Shown here: piece after piece, positions 1-9,864 of the stretch | How the letters are laid out: each line of letters starts with the position of its first letter | Numbering within the stretch: position 1 is the stretch's first letter | Source of the DNA: a virus | Lineage: Duplodnaviria > Caudoviricetes | Strand: one strand, 5' to 3' | Virus record (IMG/VR): IMGVR_UViG_3300032287_000883 | Location: 1,564-65,563 of that record | Length of the DNA stretch: 64,000 bases | Made by a program: the position numbers and the translations under genes | Notes under the pieces: model-generated | What the model was told of the DNA's origin: nothing | Databases searched by the model: none | The model's input: only the letters and a program-made list of their open reading frames with translations

Positions 1-1254
1 AGCATTTACACCGTTAATATAAAACGTAACTGTACTCTGATTAATTGTTACCGCTACATGCGACCAAGTATTTAAAGAAACAGAACCAGTAGCTGTAATT
101 GTTTGAGAAGCGCCTCTTGTAAATTGCAAAGCGCCATTATAAAAACCAAAAGTTGCATACGTTCCGTTATTCCCCCACAAAGGATTGTGCGTATAACCTG
201 AATTGCCGTTCCATGAAGTTGGGTACACCCACGCCTCAAAAGTGGCGAACATCGTAGATAAGTTACTAGTAAACAAAAAATTAGTTAACGATGTATTAGA
301 TAAGTAATCAGTTGTACCATTAAAAAAATTACTCCACCCCGTCTGTGAGAAAGGCGTGAACGTACCTTGGGTTGTATTGCCATTCCTAGTAATCGTGAAG
401 TTGTTCGTTGAGCTATCTAAGAACGTATTGTTCTGTGCAGCGTTAGTACCGTTACCATGCAGCATCAGCGTGGTCTGATTAAAGTACGGGTCGTAGATAG
501 GCCATAGTCGGTTCTGTTGGTAATACGCAGATTCGTCTAACGTCCATACACCACCAGCCGCAGCACCAAGCGCGGGGTTGAATCCTGTGTATCCAGCAAA
601 CGGTGTGAAGTTGCTGACCTTAGCTCCGCTTACTGCGGTAATCGTAAATGGGCTGTTGCTGTTATCAATAATTGTTGGGCTTTGGCAAGTCAGCAGCTTA
701 GTATCAGTTGTTGGAAATAGCTGGGTTGGTACATTTATTGTTGTTGCTGTAGGGTCGTATGGAGTTGATCCAACAATTAACCGCGCATTTGAAATGTAAC
801 CTGTAAAAAATAAATTAGATGCGCTATTAAGATAACCAATAGAAGAACTAGAGCCAAAATTATCAGCTAAGGTTTGTGTGCCAGTGCTTGACCTAACGCC
901 ATTTAAAAATATAGTACATACATTGGATGCACCCCTAACCGCCGCTACGTGATACCACGTATTAGCTGACATTGTTGGAACTGTAAATGTGTAAGCGGCA
1001 ACCCCGTAATTATCTAGCGATATAGTTGTTGCGGAAGGTATCCGTACATTTAATCCTGTAGTGTTGGCGATACCAAGCAATGTTTTATCAGAAGCAATGT
1101 TTCCGGTGCAATAAAACCAGCACTCAAAGCTAAACTGACTTGTAGCAATAGAGCTACCTGTCCAAGTCAAATAATCACTACTACCGTTCAACGCAACAGA
1201 GAACCCTGCTGGCGCACCAGCCGTTACGAACCCACCGGGATATTTGTCACTCAT
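1..1254 (-). CDS. LamG/concanavalin-like tail fibre protein, N-terminal part (runs off the left edge; absent from the ORF track)
   Basis: ATG at 1254 reads MSDKYPGGFVTAGAPAG..; LamG-type motifs (WYHVAAVR, GYISNARL, WSHVAVT..FYINGV); internal block GVWTL..DPYFNQTTLMLHGNG..TRNGNTTQG is paralogous to 1264..3327. Confidence 0.85.
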   Translation of the reverse strand, partial: MSDKYPGGFVTAGAPAGFSVALNGSSDYLTWTGSSIATSQFSFECWFYCTGNIASDKTLLGIANTTGLNVRIPSATTISLDNYGVAAYTFTVPTMSANTWYHVAAVRGASNVCTIFLNGVRSSTGTQTLADNFGSSSSIGYLNSASNLFFTGYISNARLIVGSTPYDPTATTINVPTQLFPTTDTKLLTCQSPTIIDNSNSPFTITAVSGAKVSNFTPFAGYTGFNPALGAAAGGVWTLDESAYYQQNRLWPIYDPYFNQTTLMLHGNGTNAAQNNTFLDSSTNNFTITRNGNTTQGTFTPFSQTGWSNFFNGTTDYLSNTSLTNFLFTSNLSTMFATFEAWVYPTSWNGNSGYTHNPLWGNNGTYATFGFYNGALQFTRGASQTITATGSVSLNTWSHVAVTINQSTVTFYINGVNA

Positions 1255-1263
1255 CGTATGTCC

Positions 1264-3327
1264 TTATTGTCTCGGTAAGGCCTGTTGTGGAGGCGTGAAT
1301 GTGGTGAAGTAGCGGCATACACCCTTGGTGATGCGTAGGTCGTCTATGAAGCCAAACAATGTTTGTGTACCTGCCTCAGTAGCACCTACTGTAACGCAGT
1401 TAACTGCAGCAGAAGCTGAACTCCAGTAAATAGCACTAGAACTTGTAGTTGTTGTGCCGGCAATACCATTTAAGTACGGAGTAAAAACAGTCCCTGCCCT
1501 TACCAAAGCAATATGCTGCCAGACACCGATTCTATTAACGCCAATATTTACCGCACTAGCTATATTCCATGTTGAATTATTTGATGAAAGGTAATAAATC
1601 CAATTACCAGTAGTTTCTAATGCGATATGAAAAGAAGCTCCACCATTTACTCCGCGCCCAATAAAAGTTTGTCTTGATGCGGAAGTTGAAGTTACGTACA
1701 CCCAGCCTTCAATTGTGAAGTCTCCAGCACCAAAATCGTATATTGGACTATTTGGCATTATCAAATAATCCCCTGTACCATCAAATGCCATACTCCCACT
1801 GCCGTACTTCACAGGGTTTGTCGCTACCTGTGCGTTGCCTACTGTCTCTACTACGTTACCCATCTTGCCGTCGTATATACCAGCGTTGGTCATACTGGCA
1901 AGGAACTTTGTTCCTGAAACAGCAGTTAATGGTGCTGTTGGTACAGTAAGTGTTGTCGATGATGGAGTGTATACAGAACTTCCAACAACAAGGCGTGGGT
2001 ATGCGATATACCCAGTACAATCTTGAGTCCCGTCTGGGTTAAGACCTACAACAAGACCTCTTGTGTTTGGTATAGATGTTGAATCTGTTTTTGTATTAAC
2101 TCTTACGCCATTCAAATACAAAGACATAGTTGAACCGCTACGACAAACACAACCATGTGTCCATTGATTAGGAACTGGAGTGTACGAATAACTTATAGAA
2201 TTTCCACCACCAGCGTAATAAAAAATAAAGTTTGATGAGTTGTATTGCAAAATCCAATCGTTAGCGCCACCACCCCACTGGCAAAACGGAGTTGCTGATG
2301 TTTGAGTAGATGTTTGGTAGTAAAACCATTCAATACAAAAATCACTTGTGCCAATAGCCAAATTTGCATTTGCACTTGTAGTTAAGCTGTCACCACTCCC
2401 ATCAAAGTATCCAGACCCGCCTACTACGTCTGGCGTCCATTGCAGCGCAGGAGCAAAAGGGCCGAAGGCTTGGACGGATGGGGTTCCGTTACCTATACTC
2501 ATAGCAAAGTTGTTGGCGCTATTATCTACAAACCTGTTGGATTGGCAGGTGAGTAAAGAAGTATTTGTAATAGCAGTCAACGGAGCGGTAGACGGCGTAA
2601 AGTTGCTTGTATATAGCGCAGTGCCGTTAAGAATGCGTAGGTTTGATAAATACCCCGGCATACCCACGTTGTATTGGTATCTAGCGCCAATATCAAGTTT
2701 GGATATGCTTGAGTAAGTCGAAGTGTCTGCAGCAGTACCAACCGCTACCCCATTTAAATATATTGTACCGACGCCACCACTTCTTACGTAAGCTACATGG
2801 TTCCATGAAAAATATGGCATCCCTACCGTAGCGTTGAAATAAGTGTTGTCAGCTCTTGTCCAAAATAAAATATTCGGCTGACTACTTCCTGTCCAATTCC
2901 ATGAAAACGCCCAATTACCACTGCCATTTCTAGTGTCTAAAATATACGCGTTTGACCCAGACCCAGAAGGGATAGCGTCCATGTACGCCCAGCACTCAAC
3001 CGTAAAATCCCCTGTACCAAAAGCTACAGAAGCACCGGGGTTACAGTAAATGCCAAAACCGCTTGTATACGCACCAAAGTAATTCCCCCAATACCCCGGA
3101 GCCTGACTAAACGGCGAGAACGATCCTTGGGTAGTGTTACCGTTTCTCGTGATGAAAAAGTTGTTGGTGCTGCCGTCTAGGAAGGTCTGATTTTGTGAGC
3201 CGCTGCCTGTACCGTCTGCTTGCAACAGCAGAGTGGTGTTCTTGAAATTAGGGTCAGTTACCCATTGCTGATTAGACTGGGCTTGAGCTTGCGCTTCTAG
3301 CGTCCATACACCTTGGTATTGTGGCAT
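1264..3327 (-). CDS. Tail fibre / receptor-binding protein with three LamG-like domains
   Basis: Three repeats of GDF(T/C)(V/I)E..W.H...R.G....YLNG; ends IDDLRITKG..Y...FTPP. Confidence 0.85.
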   Translation of the reverse strand: MPQYQGVWTLEAQAQAQSNQQWVTDPNFKNTTLLLQADGTGSGSQNQTFLDGSTNNFFITRNGNTTQGSFSPFSQAPGYWGNYFGAYTSGFGIYCNPGASVAFGTGDFTVECWAYMDAIPSGSGSNAYILDTRNGSGNWAFSWNWTGSSQPNILFWTRADNTYFNATVGMPYFSWNHVAYVRSGGVGTIYLNGVAVGTAADTSTYSSISKLDIGARYQYNVGMPGYLSNLRILNGTALYTSNFTPSTAPLTAITNTSLLTCQSNRFVDNSANNFAMSIGNGTPSVQAFGPFAPALQWTPDVVGGSGYFDGSGDSLTTSANANLAIGTSDFCIEWFYYQTSTQTSATPFCQWGGGANDWILQYNSSNFIFYYAGGGNSISYSYTPVPNQWTHGCVCRSGSTMSLYLNGVRVNTKTDSTSIPNTRGLVVGLNPDGTQDCTGYIAYPRLVVGSSVYTPSSTTLTVPTAPLTAVSGTKFLASMTNAGIYDGKMGNVVETVGNAQVATNPVKYGSGSMAFDGTGDYLIMPNSPIYDFGAGDFTIEGWVYVTSTSASRQTFIGRGVNGGASFHIALETTGNWIYYLSSNNSTWNIASAVNIGVNRIGVWQHIALVRAGTVFTPYLNGIAGTTTTSSSAIYWSSASAAVNCVTVGATEAGTQTLFGFIDDLRITKGVCRYFTTFTPPQQALPRQ

Positions 3328-3328
3328 T

Positions 3329-3784
3329 TTATAGCCCCGTTATTTGTTCTGAAGTCAATGCAGCCACATCGCTGCTGTTCAATGCAGGTAAGTCAGTTGA
3401 AGATAAATCAACCACCGCTTGTGACGTAATAGCGGCTTCTGGCTGCGTTTCTAACACGTTCAAATCCATCGTAGGTAAGCCAGCAGGAACTTCTTGCTGC
3501 ACCACTACAGGAGCCACAAACACATTGTTTACTGCATCATACGTGTCGCCAATACCTGCCAACTTGCCACGGAAGGTAGCGTTGTAGCTTGTCTGCTTCC
3601 AATTAGTATGACCGCCTGACCAAGCGGTTAGAAACGCAATACCCTTGTCTTCAGACTCAACCAGAGACACGACTACGTTGCCGTTCTCATCTACCGTATC
3701 TTTGCTAGTGACTAGCTCATGGTTGCTCAGTGCGTTGACTTCTAGCACCACATTGTTGTCATCAAGCTTTGCAAAGTGCGCCAT
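3329..3784 (-). CDS. Fibre-associated protein (possible assembly chaperone)
   Basis: Likely start MAHFAKLD; WKQTSYN..RGKLAGIG.TYD motif; follows a Gly-rich gene. Confidence 0.6.
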   Translation of the reverse strand: MAHFAKLDDNNVVLEVNALSNHELVTSKDTVDENGNVVVSLVESEDKGIAFLTAWSGGHTNWKQTSYNATFRGKLAGIGDTYDAVNNVFVAPVVVQQEVPAGLPTMDLNVLETQPEAAITSQAVVDLSSTDLPALNSSDVAALTSEQITGL

Positions 3785-3791
3785 ATCAACC

Positions 3792-4619
3792 TCAGAATGT
3801 AATTGTTCCGTTGCCAGTGAATGTATATACGTAGTCACTGCCAGCCATTGTAATTGTAGGTGAACCTGTGAATGAAGCTGCTGCTCTGCCGTTTCTAACG
3901 ATGACTATGCCGCTACCGCCGTTACCGCCGTCACCCCCAGCGCCTCCGCCTCCGCCTCCCCCGCCGCCAGTATTTGCAGTTGCTGCACTTGCGTTTGAAT
4001 TGGATGACCCTCCCGCCCCGCCGCCGCCGATACCTCCCGTACCAGCCGTTGCAAAGCCTCCGCCTCCGCCACCAGCGTAATAAACTTGTGAGCCAGTAAT
4101 TGTACTTGGCGCTCCTGAGCCACCATTACCCGGATTTGGATTTGGTGTTATACCTGCGGAACCAGCCCCGCCACCGCCACCGCCACTATATGATGCTCCT
4201 GATCCGCTGCCGCCCGGATTGCCTTGCCCCGTAGTTCCAGTGCCACCAATAGTCCCAGAGTTTACTTGCCCACCACCGCCCGAGCCACCATTCCCACCAG
4301 TTGCAACATTCCCGCCGCCGGTGCTATTTCCGCCTTGACCGCCGCCAATCGAAGTTACGCCAGTAAATACAGAATTTGATCCTGCTGTAGGATTTGTGGT
4401 TGTTGTGCCTGTTCCGCCAGCGCCAACAGTAATGGTGTACGTAGTACCAATCACATAACCAAAGGAGGTAAGCTGAAAACCACCCGCGCCGCCGCCGCCC
4501 CCGCCATCACCACCACCGCCACCACCGCCAGCAACAACTAGCAGGTTAGCAGCAGACGTAGTGTAGGCAAGCGGATTAAACGTCGCCGTGACATAACCAC
4601 CGGGATAACGAAGTCCCAT
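3792..4619 (-). CDS. Glycine-rich tail/fibre protein
   Basis: LVVAGGGGGG, YYAGGGGG, GGSGIVIVR motifs; N-terminal YPGG motif shared with the gene at 1..1254. Confidence 0.8.
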   Translation of the reverse strand: MGLRYPGGYVTATFNPLAYTTSAANLLVVAGGGGGGGDGGGGGGAGGFQLTSFGYVIGTTYTITVGAGGTGTTTTNPTAGSNSVFTGVTSIGGGQGGNSTGGGNVATGGNGGSGGGGQVNSGTIGGTGTTGQGNPGGSGSGASYSGGGGGGAGSAGITPNPNPGNGGSGAPSTITGSQVYYAGGGGGGFATAGTGGIGGGGAGGSSNSNASAATANTGGGGGGGGGAGGDGGNGGSGIVIVRNGRAAASFTGSPTITMAGSDYVYTFTGNGTITF

Positions 4620-4627
4620 GTTAGCCC

Positions 4628-5038
4628 TTACGAGGTGATCTGTTCAAACGTCGCTGTGAATGTCAGCGCACTCGCAGTACCAGAATAAGCAGCAACAGAC
4701 TGATTCTCAGTGATGTACACAGAGTTGGTCTTGTCGATGATAATCAACGTCGCATTTGGCGGCACTGAAATCTGATACGCAGGATACGTAATCACAGTAG
4801 CTGAACCGAACGTACCATTGTTACCAATAGCAATCGTTGCAGTCACAGCACTTGAAGTCGTATTCGACGCAGTGATAGACGTAATACGGTTAACTGTACC
4901 CACCGCTGGTTTTAAGCCAGTAAGAGCAGTCGTGCCGTCATACGTCCAAGATGTCGTGGCAGTAGCTGCCGCCGAAGGGATAACGTAGCCGACGTTTCCG
5001 TAGATGCTGACTACGTTAACAATATTAGGGTTAGCCAT
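4628..5038 (-). CDS. Virion structural protein (tail accessory)
   Basis: Thr/Ala/Val-rich, MANPNIVNV start, in tail cluster. Confidence 0.65.
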   Translation of the reverse strand: MANPNIVNVVSIYGNVGYVIPSAAATATTSWTYDGTTALTGLKPAVGTVNRITSITASNTTSSAVTATIAIGNNGTFGSATVITYPAYQISVPPNATLIIIDKTNSVYITENQSVAAYSGTASALTFTATFEQITS

Positions 5039-5049
5039 TTAATAACTCC

Positions 5050-6015
5050 TTAGAATCCGAAGATCATCGCCATAGCGATACTTTTACCTGTTGAAATACC
5101 ACCAGACGCAGCAGCCCATGTAGGAACACCCGCAGTCAACGTCAAAACATTACCGTTTGTACCCGCTGCTAAAAATGTTGTAGCACCTGAGCCTGTTTGA
5201 TAAGGCACCGAACCGTTTGCACCGCCAGCAATATTAGTTGCTGTAGTAGCCGTTGTTGCAGAACCCGCTGTAGTAGCAGAACCCACTGCCAATGTACTTT
5301 GCGCTACGTACTGAGGAGCCGATGCGCCAGCAGTTAAAACGTAGTTTGTGACACCTAGATTTAGCGTTGTAGTTGCACTTGTACCTGACTGATACACCAA
5401 AGAACCTGCCGCGCCGCCTGTGACGTTCGTTGCTGTAGTAGCTGTACCAACTGTAATGCCTGTCGGGTTAGACCACTGCGGGGCACTGCCCGTAGAAGAC
5501 AACAAGAAACCGTTGGAGCCGATTGAGAGTTTGGTAAGCGTTGTGCCTGAAGCGTAGTAAGTTGTGTCACCCGCTGTAAACGTAGACTGCCCTGTACCAC
5601 CGTTAGCAACAGGAAGAACGCCAGAGACGTTAGCCAGATTAACTGTACCAACCGTTGACTTCAACGCGCCTGTAGTATCAAACGTACCATCGGTTGTCCA
5701 TGTATCACCGACCTGCAAAGTGACTTTGGTTAAAATACGAAGCGTACTAGCGTTGTTGTAGTAGATCGTTATAGTAACGGCGGCTGTATCGCAGTTCTCT
5801 ATGTTGATGCTTTTGATAATACGACGGGTAGAAGCCGCAGGGGCGGCTACTAAAGTAACCGTAGATGCGCCGTTTAGCGCACCATCAGATGCGCCTTCAG
5901 TAAATGTTGCGCCGGTATTGTCTGAATATGCAGTAACAAACCCCGGGTTAGTTGTAGTAGGCGTACCACTCATTACCGCTTGAATGGACTTCGATGTTGA
6001 GTCTAGGATAAGCAT
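5050..6015 (-). CDS. Tail fibre-like structural protein
   Basis: GVLPVANGGTG, ATN(V/I).GGA.GS..YQ repeats, C-terminal GKSIAMAMIFG. Confidence 0.7.
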   Translation of the reverse strand: MLILDSTSKSIQAVMSGTPTTTNPGFVTAYSDNTGATFTEGASDGALNGASTVTLVAAPAASTRRIIKSINIENCDTAAVTITIYYNNASTLRILTKVTLQVGDTWTTDGTFDTTGALKSTVGTVNLANVSGVLPVANGGTGQSTFTAGDTTYYASGTTLTKLSIGSNGFLLSSTGSAPQWSNPTGITVGTATTATNVTGGAAGSLVYQSGTSATTTLNLGVTNYVLTAGASAPQYVAQSTLAVGSATTAGSATTATTATNIAGGANGSVPYQTGSGATTFLAAGTNGNVLTLTAGVPTWAAASGGISTGKSIAMAMIFGF

Positions 6016-6024
6016 GTTTGCCCC

Positions 6025-6372
6025 TTAACTAAAAAACCAAGCATAGGACTCTGCTTGCGGATTTGTTACTGCTTTTCCAGCAGGGTATGTTATGAATACG
6101 TCCTGAGTACCAGTACTAAAATTAACTGTGCTTCCAGAGTTACTAGAAGATAAAACTGTTGTTCTTGTCAGGGTGTTTACACCTGAGTATGTGCCGATAC
6201 CAACTTCCCAATTAACCCCGCCTTGGTCTGCTATGGTGTAGAAGCACGTATCGCTAACTATCAACACTGCGCTAAATGGTTGGAATCCTGTAGCTGCGCC
6301 CAACAACGTAACCGCTCCGGTTCCGGGGGCTGACGCTGTTTCTTTTACGCGATCTGCTTGAACTAACGCCAT
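6025..6372 (-). CDS. Virion structural protein
   Basis: MALVQADRVKET..WEVGIGTY..TLTRTTVLSSSN..DVFITYPA. Confidence 0.7.
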   Translation of the reverse strand: MALVQADRVKETASAPGTGAVTLLGAATGFQPFSAVLIVSDTCFYTIADQGGVNWEVGIGTYSGVNTLTRTTVLSSSNSGSTVNFSTGTQDVFITYPAGKAVTNPQAESYAWFFS

Positions 6373-6382
6373 AGTGGCACCT

Positions 6383-7366
6383 TTAAATCGTATTGATTAA
6401 CACCCAATCGCCTTGCTCAGAAGTATTAATAGGCGTCCAATCTACATTGTACAAGTCACCTACCGAACCCCTAGCCGCTGCTCCTGCCAATGCTACGGAA
6501 ATTACTTTGTTAACACTAGCCACTGCTGCTGCCGCTTGTACCCCAGTAAGTGCAACTGCAAAACCCGGAGCGATGGTTCCAACTGTACCTGCGGCTGCTA
6601 CGCCTGTGACGGCTTTTATTTCCCCTGATGTCGGAGCTACTGTGCCAACATTACCGGTAGCAACTACCCCTGTTACTGAGTTGTTGTTAGTTGACTCCGT
6701 CAACATCGTACCTAAGTTACCGTACGCTACAACACCTGCGCCTTCAGTATAAGAAAGAACTGTACCAGCACTGCCTATAGCTTGGTTACCACTTAAAGCA
6801 GACGCAATAGCAGGTAACACCGTACCTCTAAACCCGCCAGCTTCTACGCCTGTTAATGTTTGGAAGTACGCATTAGAACCCGTAACACTTCCTATATTGC
6901 CTACCGCGTTAACCCCAGTAATACCAAGCGTTGTTGACGTAGTTACAGTACCCGCGTTACCAGAAGCAGTAACTCCACTAATCGCGACAATACTGCCAGC
7001 CAACGTCGTAACCGTACCAACTGTACCTGTTGCAAAAACTCCAGTAGCAGGCAAGTTCGGGCCGCTTGTACCTACAATAGTGCCAGCATAACCAAACGCT
7101 TCGTTATGAAACAGCGACGCAGAGTTCTCAGTAAAGGTACCAACCGTACCCGCACTTCCAGAAGCCGAAACCCCTGCTAAAGCCAGACTTGTAACTTGTG
7201 TAACATTTGCAACCGTACCAGTAGCACTTACCCCTGATAACTCAGCAACAAAGTTTGGGGTTTCATTACCTACAAGACCACTGGCAGAAACCCCTGTCAG
7301 TTCAATTACAACGCCGCCGCTTAACGCGCTATACGGAGCGGCTGAATAGGGGTTAAAGCCGTACAT
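6383..7366 (-). CDS. Repetitive fibre/adaptor structural protein
   Basis: About 19-aa repeats of (L/V)(T/S)GV.A.G.VG(T/S)V. Confidence 0.65.
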   Translation of the reverse strand: MYGFNPYSAAPYSALSGGVVIELTGVSASGLVGNETPNFVAELSGVSATGTVANVTQVTSLALAGVSASGSAGTVGTFTENSASLFHNEAFGYAGTIVGTSGPNLPATGVFATGTVGTVTTLAGSIVAISGVTASGNAGTVTTSTTLGITGVNAVGNIGSVTGSNAYFQTLTGVEAGGFRGTVLPAIASALSGNQAIGSAGTVLSYTEGAGVVAYGNLGTMLTESTNNNSVTGVVATGNVGTVAPTSGEIKAVTGVAAAGTVGTIAPGFAVALTGVQAAAAVASVNKVISVALAGAAARGSVGDLYNVDWTPINTSEQGDWVLINTI

Positions 7367-7372
7367 GGTCTA

Positions 7373-7858
7373 TTAGGTAGTAGCCAAACGCAGCAGAGCA
7401 GTCGAAGTAGTATTAGAAGGCATAGTCAAAGTAAATGTACCTGACGTAACCGTCTGGGCAGTAAACGTGTGGGCGCTCACTGCTTTATTACTTTGGGTGC
7501 TGTTATAAATAAACACGCAATCAAACGACGAGAACGTCACAGGGCTACCAGCAGAACCGTAAACGATACTTGCTGATGGAGTCCAATAAGCCGTACCAGC
7601 CGTAGCTGACGAGTTTGACGATGCAGGAACCGTTCCGTTAGTAACAGTTACACCACCAGCCGTGTAGTTTGCACTGGTTACTTCGTTTGTAGCTGTGTAA
7701 GCCGTGGTCGCTGCGTTGATGGTAGCGGTTGTTAGATATAGCGCCGCTTTAAATGTATCTGCTGTTGTAACAGCGCGAACAGGAGCGGTGCCGAAATTGT
7801 GCGTTGCCGTCATGAGTTCAGCCATGAACGATGTGCACATCGATTGAGTATTTGCCAT
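7373..7858 (-). CDS. Virion structural protein (paralog of 8072..8488)
   Basis: TSF...L...FKAALY..T.Y...NE....YTAGG..IYN..ALLR pattern shared by the two genes. Confidence 0.7.
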   Translation of the reverse strand: MANTQSMCTSFMAELMTATHNFGTAPVRAVTTADTFKAALYLTTATINAATTAYTATNEVTSANYTAGGVTVTNGTVPASSNSSATAGTAYWTPSASIVYGSAGSPVTFSSFDCVFIYNSTQSNKAVSAHTFTAQTVTSGTFTLTMPSNTTSTALLRLATT

Positions 7859-7871
7859 TTTAGTCCTCTAC

Positions 7872-8063
7872 TTAAAAAGATGCGGCAACAGGCACGCCGC
7901 TTACATCGTACTTCTTCAACACCATGTCAACAGAACGATGAACAAGTTCACCGTCCAACCAATATTCCACCCAACGGGTAGTTTCATTTTCTGTGTCAAC
8001 TACACCTTCTTTTTTCTCCAGAAGGGAGTCATCCATTTCGCCTTTTGTTGTTTGAACCAGCAT
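7872..8063 (-). CDS. Small hypothetical protein
   Basis: ORF in operon spacing; TTKG.MD..LLEK..WVEYWLDGELVHRS. Confidence 0.65.
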   Translation of the reverse strand: MLVQTTKGEMDDSLLEKKEGVVDTENETTRWVEYWLDGELVHRSVDMVLKKYDVSGVPVAASF

Positions 8064-8071
8064 GCAATCTC

Positions 8072-8488
8072 CTATGGAAAACGAATTAGTGCGGTTGTTG
8101 CTGAGTTAACAGGCATCTGAATAGTGAAATTAGTCATCGTCTTATCTGAACCAAAATCTAATACCGCTACAGACGCGTTGCTTCTTGTTACATTATATAT
8201 AAGAGCACCTCTTGCGGTAAGCTGCGAATTAGGCCATACCGCGTTAGCAAAATCTACAAACACTATGCCATCCGGTGAGGCGCTAATTGTCACTCCAGTT
8301 AACGCTATGCCACCGGCTGTGTATCCTGTACCTGTAATCTCATTGATTGTTGTGTACACCGTTGTATCTGGGCCAATAGTAGAGAACGCCGTATACAACG
8401 CTATTTTTAACGAATCCGTTGCCAAGTTTTGCCCAGCCTGAATCATCTGCTGTTTGAAACTTGTGGTTAACCCTTGTTGAATAGCCAT
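8072..8488 (-). CDS. Virion structural protein (paralog of 7373..7858)
   Basis: TSFK..LKIALYT..NEITGTGYTAGG..ARGALIYN..VLDFGSDK. Confidence 0.7.
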   Translation of the reverse strand: MAIQQGLTTSFKQQMIQAGQNLATDSLKIALYTAFSTIGPDTTVYTTINEITGTGYTAGGIALTGVTISASPDGIVFVDFANAVWPNSQLTARGALIYNVTRSNASVAVLDFGSDKTMTNFTIQMPVNSATTALIRFP

Positions 8489-9411
8489 TACGGATTAACC
8501 TCAATCTTAGCTTGACCATCCCGATAAGCATCGCCACGCTCAAGTCCTGTACCCAGACGATTAAGCTGACCAAGCGCATCTTTAAATTTACCTTCGTAGT
8601 ACGTCATCATATCTTGCTCGCCCTTCATAAATATGTAGGCTTCAACTAACGCGCCATACAAAAGTGCTGGTGAATAGTTGTCACCTAGCCATGAAGAACC
8701 ATCTGGATTAATCAGCGTTTGGACGGGAACCGAGAAACCCGAACCCGCACCAAGAATTGTCGTACTAGCCGTCAATGAATCCGCAACTGTATAGAACGAA
8801 CCACCGCTACGCAAAGTCACTGCCGTAATTGAACCGCCCGAGACAATAATGTCTGCTGACGCACCAGAACCTGTACCACCTGTTAACGGCACACGATAGT
8901 AGCTGCCATTGGTATACCCTGATCCGCCAACAATACTACCCAAAAGACGAATAATGCCTTGGACAATTGATACGGGGTAGTAGTAATAGTGCAATTCAAT
9001 ACTGTACTGAGAATCAGGGGTAGGAGCCATCATAAAACTTAACTCGTTAGTGGCTCCCCTGTTTAATACTTCTGGGCCAAACAAAGCGTAATACTTAGGA
9101 ATACCTGTGTCTGTCGGGCTAGGGTACGCAGCCCTTAAGAAATTAACATCTTTGTTTAGCAGGTATTCATAGCTGCCAGTTGCATCAATCACTGCCATTG
9201 AAAAGACTGCTAAGAAATCGGTAGGGCAACTAAGATAAGGGCTGTTAGGCTGAGAAGTACCAGTGACGTTTCTGCGCAGTGGCGGTATCTGAACGGTGTT
9301 GTATATCCGCTCTTCTGCCTGAGTAACAAAGACAGGGATATTTGCTACGAACGTCTGTTCATAGTTTTGGGTGTAATCTTGTATCGTCTGCCAGAGTTCT
9401 GCGTAGTTCAT
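8488..9411 (-). CDS. Head-tail adaptor / tail tubular-type protein with a Gly-rich internal segment
   Basis: MNYAEL..I.DY..F..QAEERI..PTPD..Y..EL.YY..WL..LLYGALVEAY; context. Confidence 0.6.
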   Translation of the reverse strand: MNYAELWQTIQDYTQNYEQTFVANIPVFVTQAEERIYNTVQIPPLRRNVTGTSQPNSPYLSCPTDFLAVFSMAVIDATGSYEYLLNKDVNFLRAAYPSPTDTGIPKYYALFGPEVLNRGATNELSFMMAPTPDSQYSIELHYYYYPVSIVQGIIRLLGSIVGGSGYTNGSYYRVPLTGGTGSGASADIIVSGGSITAVTLRSGGSFYTVADSLTASTTILGAGSGFSVPVQTLINPDGSSWLGDNYSPALLYGALVEAYIFMKGEQDMMTYYEGKFKDALGQLNRLGTGLERGDAYRDGQAKIEVNP

Positions 9412-9440
9412 TGTAAAGTTATTCCTAACCCACTGTTAAC

Positions 9441-9704
9441 TTAAGCCATAGGTCCACGACACATTGTGCCTTTGGTTGCAGCACCAGCACCGCGCATCTT
9501 GATACCGCTGGTCTTAGGCTCGCTAGTGTTACCTTTACTAATGCCACCAACAGACATGTTTGCTTTATTCAATACATCGGTGCCGGTGGTGTACTTAGAG
9601 TCGGCTTGAACGCTAGACGCTTTGCCCTTCATGTCATGCGGGGCAGCATACACAGCAGCTTGGCCTACTTCTTTACCTTTAACCTTCTGTGAAAACTTAG
9701 CCAT
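9441..9704 (-). CDS. Small basic protein
   Basis: Lys/Gly-rich; KTSGIKMRGAGAATKG..RGPMA C-terminus. Confidence 0.7.
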   Translation of the reverse strand: MAKFSQKVKGKEVGQAAVYAAPHDMKGKASSVQADSKYTTGTDVLNKANMSVGGISKGNTSEPKTSGIKMRGAGAATKGTMCRGPMA

Positions 9705-9856
9705 TATCGACCTCTCTGGTTGTTAGCACGCGCCATGTTGCGACCAACTTTACGCATAGCTTCGCCTGTGACGCCGCCTTTTTTCATGCCATGCATTTTC
9801 TTTTCGTGCTTACCTACTTCTTGGTCAGCGATTTTCTTAACTTCTTTCTTGTCCAT
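9704..9856 (-). CDS. Small basic protein (50 aa, below the ORF-track cutoff)
   Basis: MDKKEVKKIADQEVGKHEKKMHGMKKGGVTGEAMRKVGRNMARANNQRGR; RBS AGGAG; stop overlaps the next ATG. Confidence 0.75.
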   Translation of the reverse strand: MDKKEVKKIADQEVGKHEKKMHGMKKGGVTGEAMRKVGRNMARANNQRGR

Positions 9857-9864
9857 ATCTACTC

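Noticed and set aside
1-3327. Diversity-generating retroelement acting on the LamG fibres
   Set aside because: No reverse transcriptase and no near-identical TR/VR pair differing at adenines; the similarity is ordinary paralogy
3868-4080. Pro-rich plus-strand ORF
   Set aside because: Antisense shadow of the Gly codons in 3792..4619; the many other opposite-strand ORFs were rejected for the same reason
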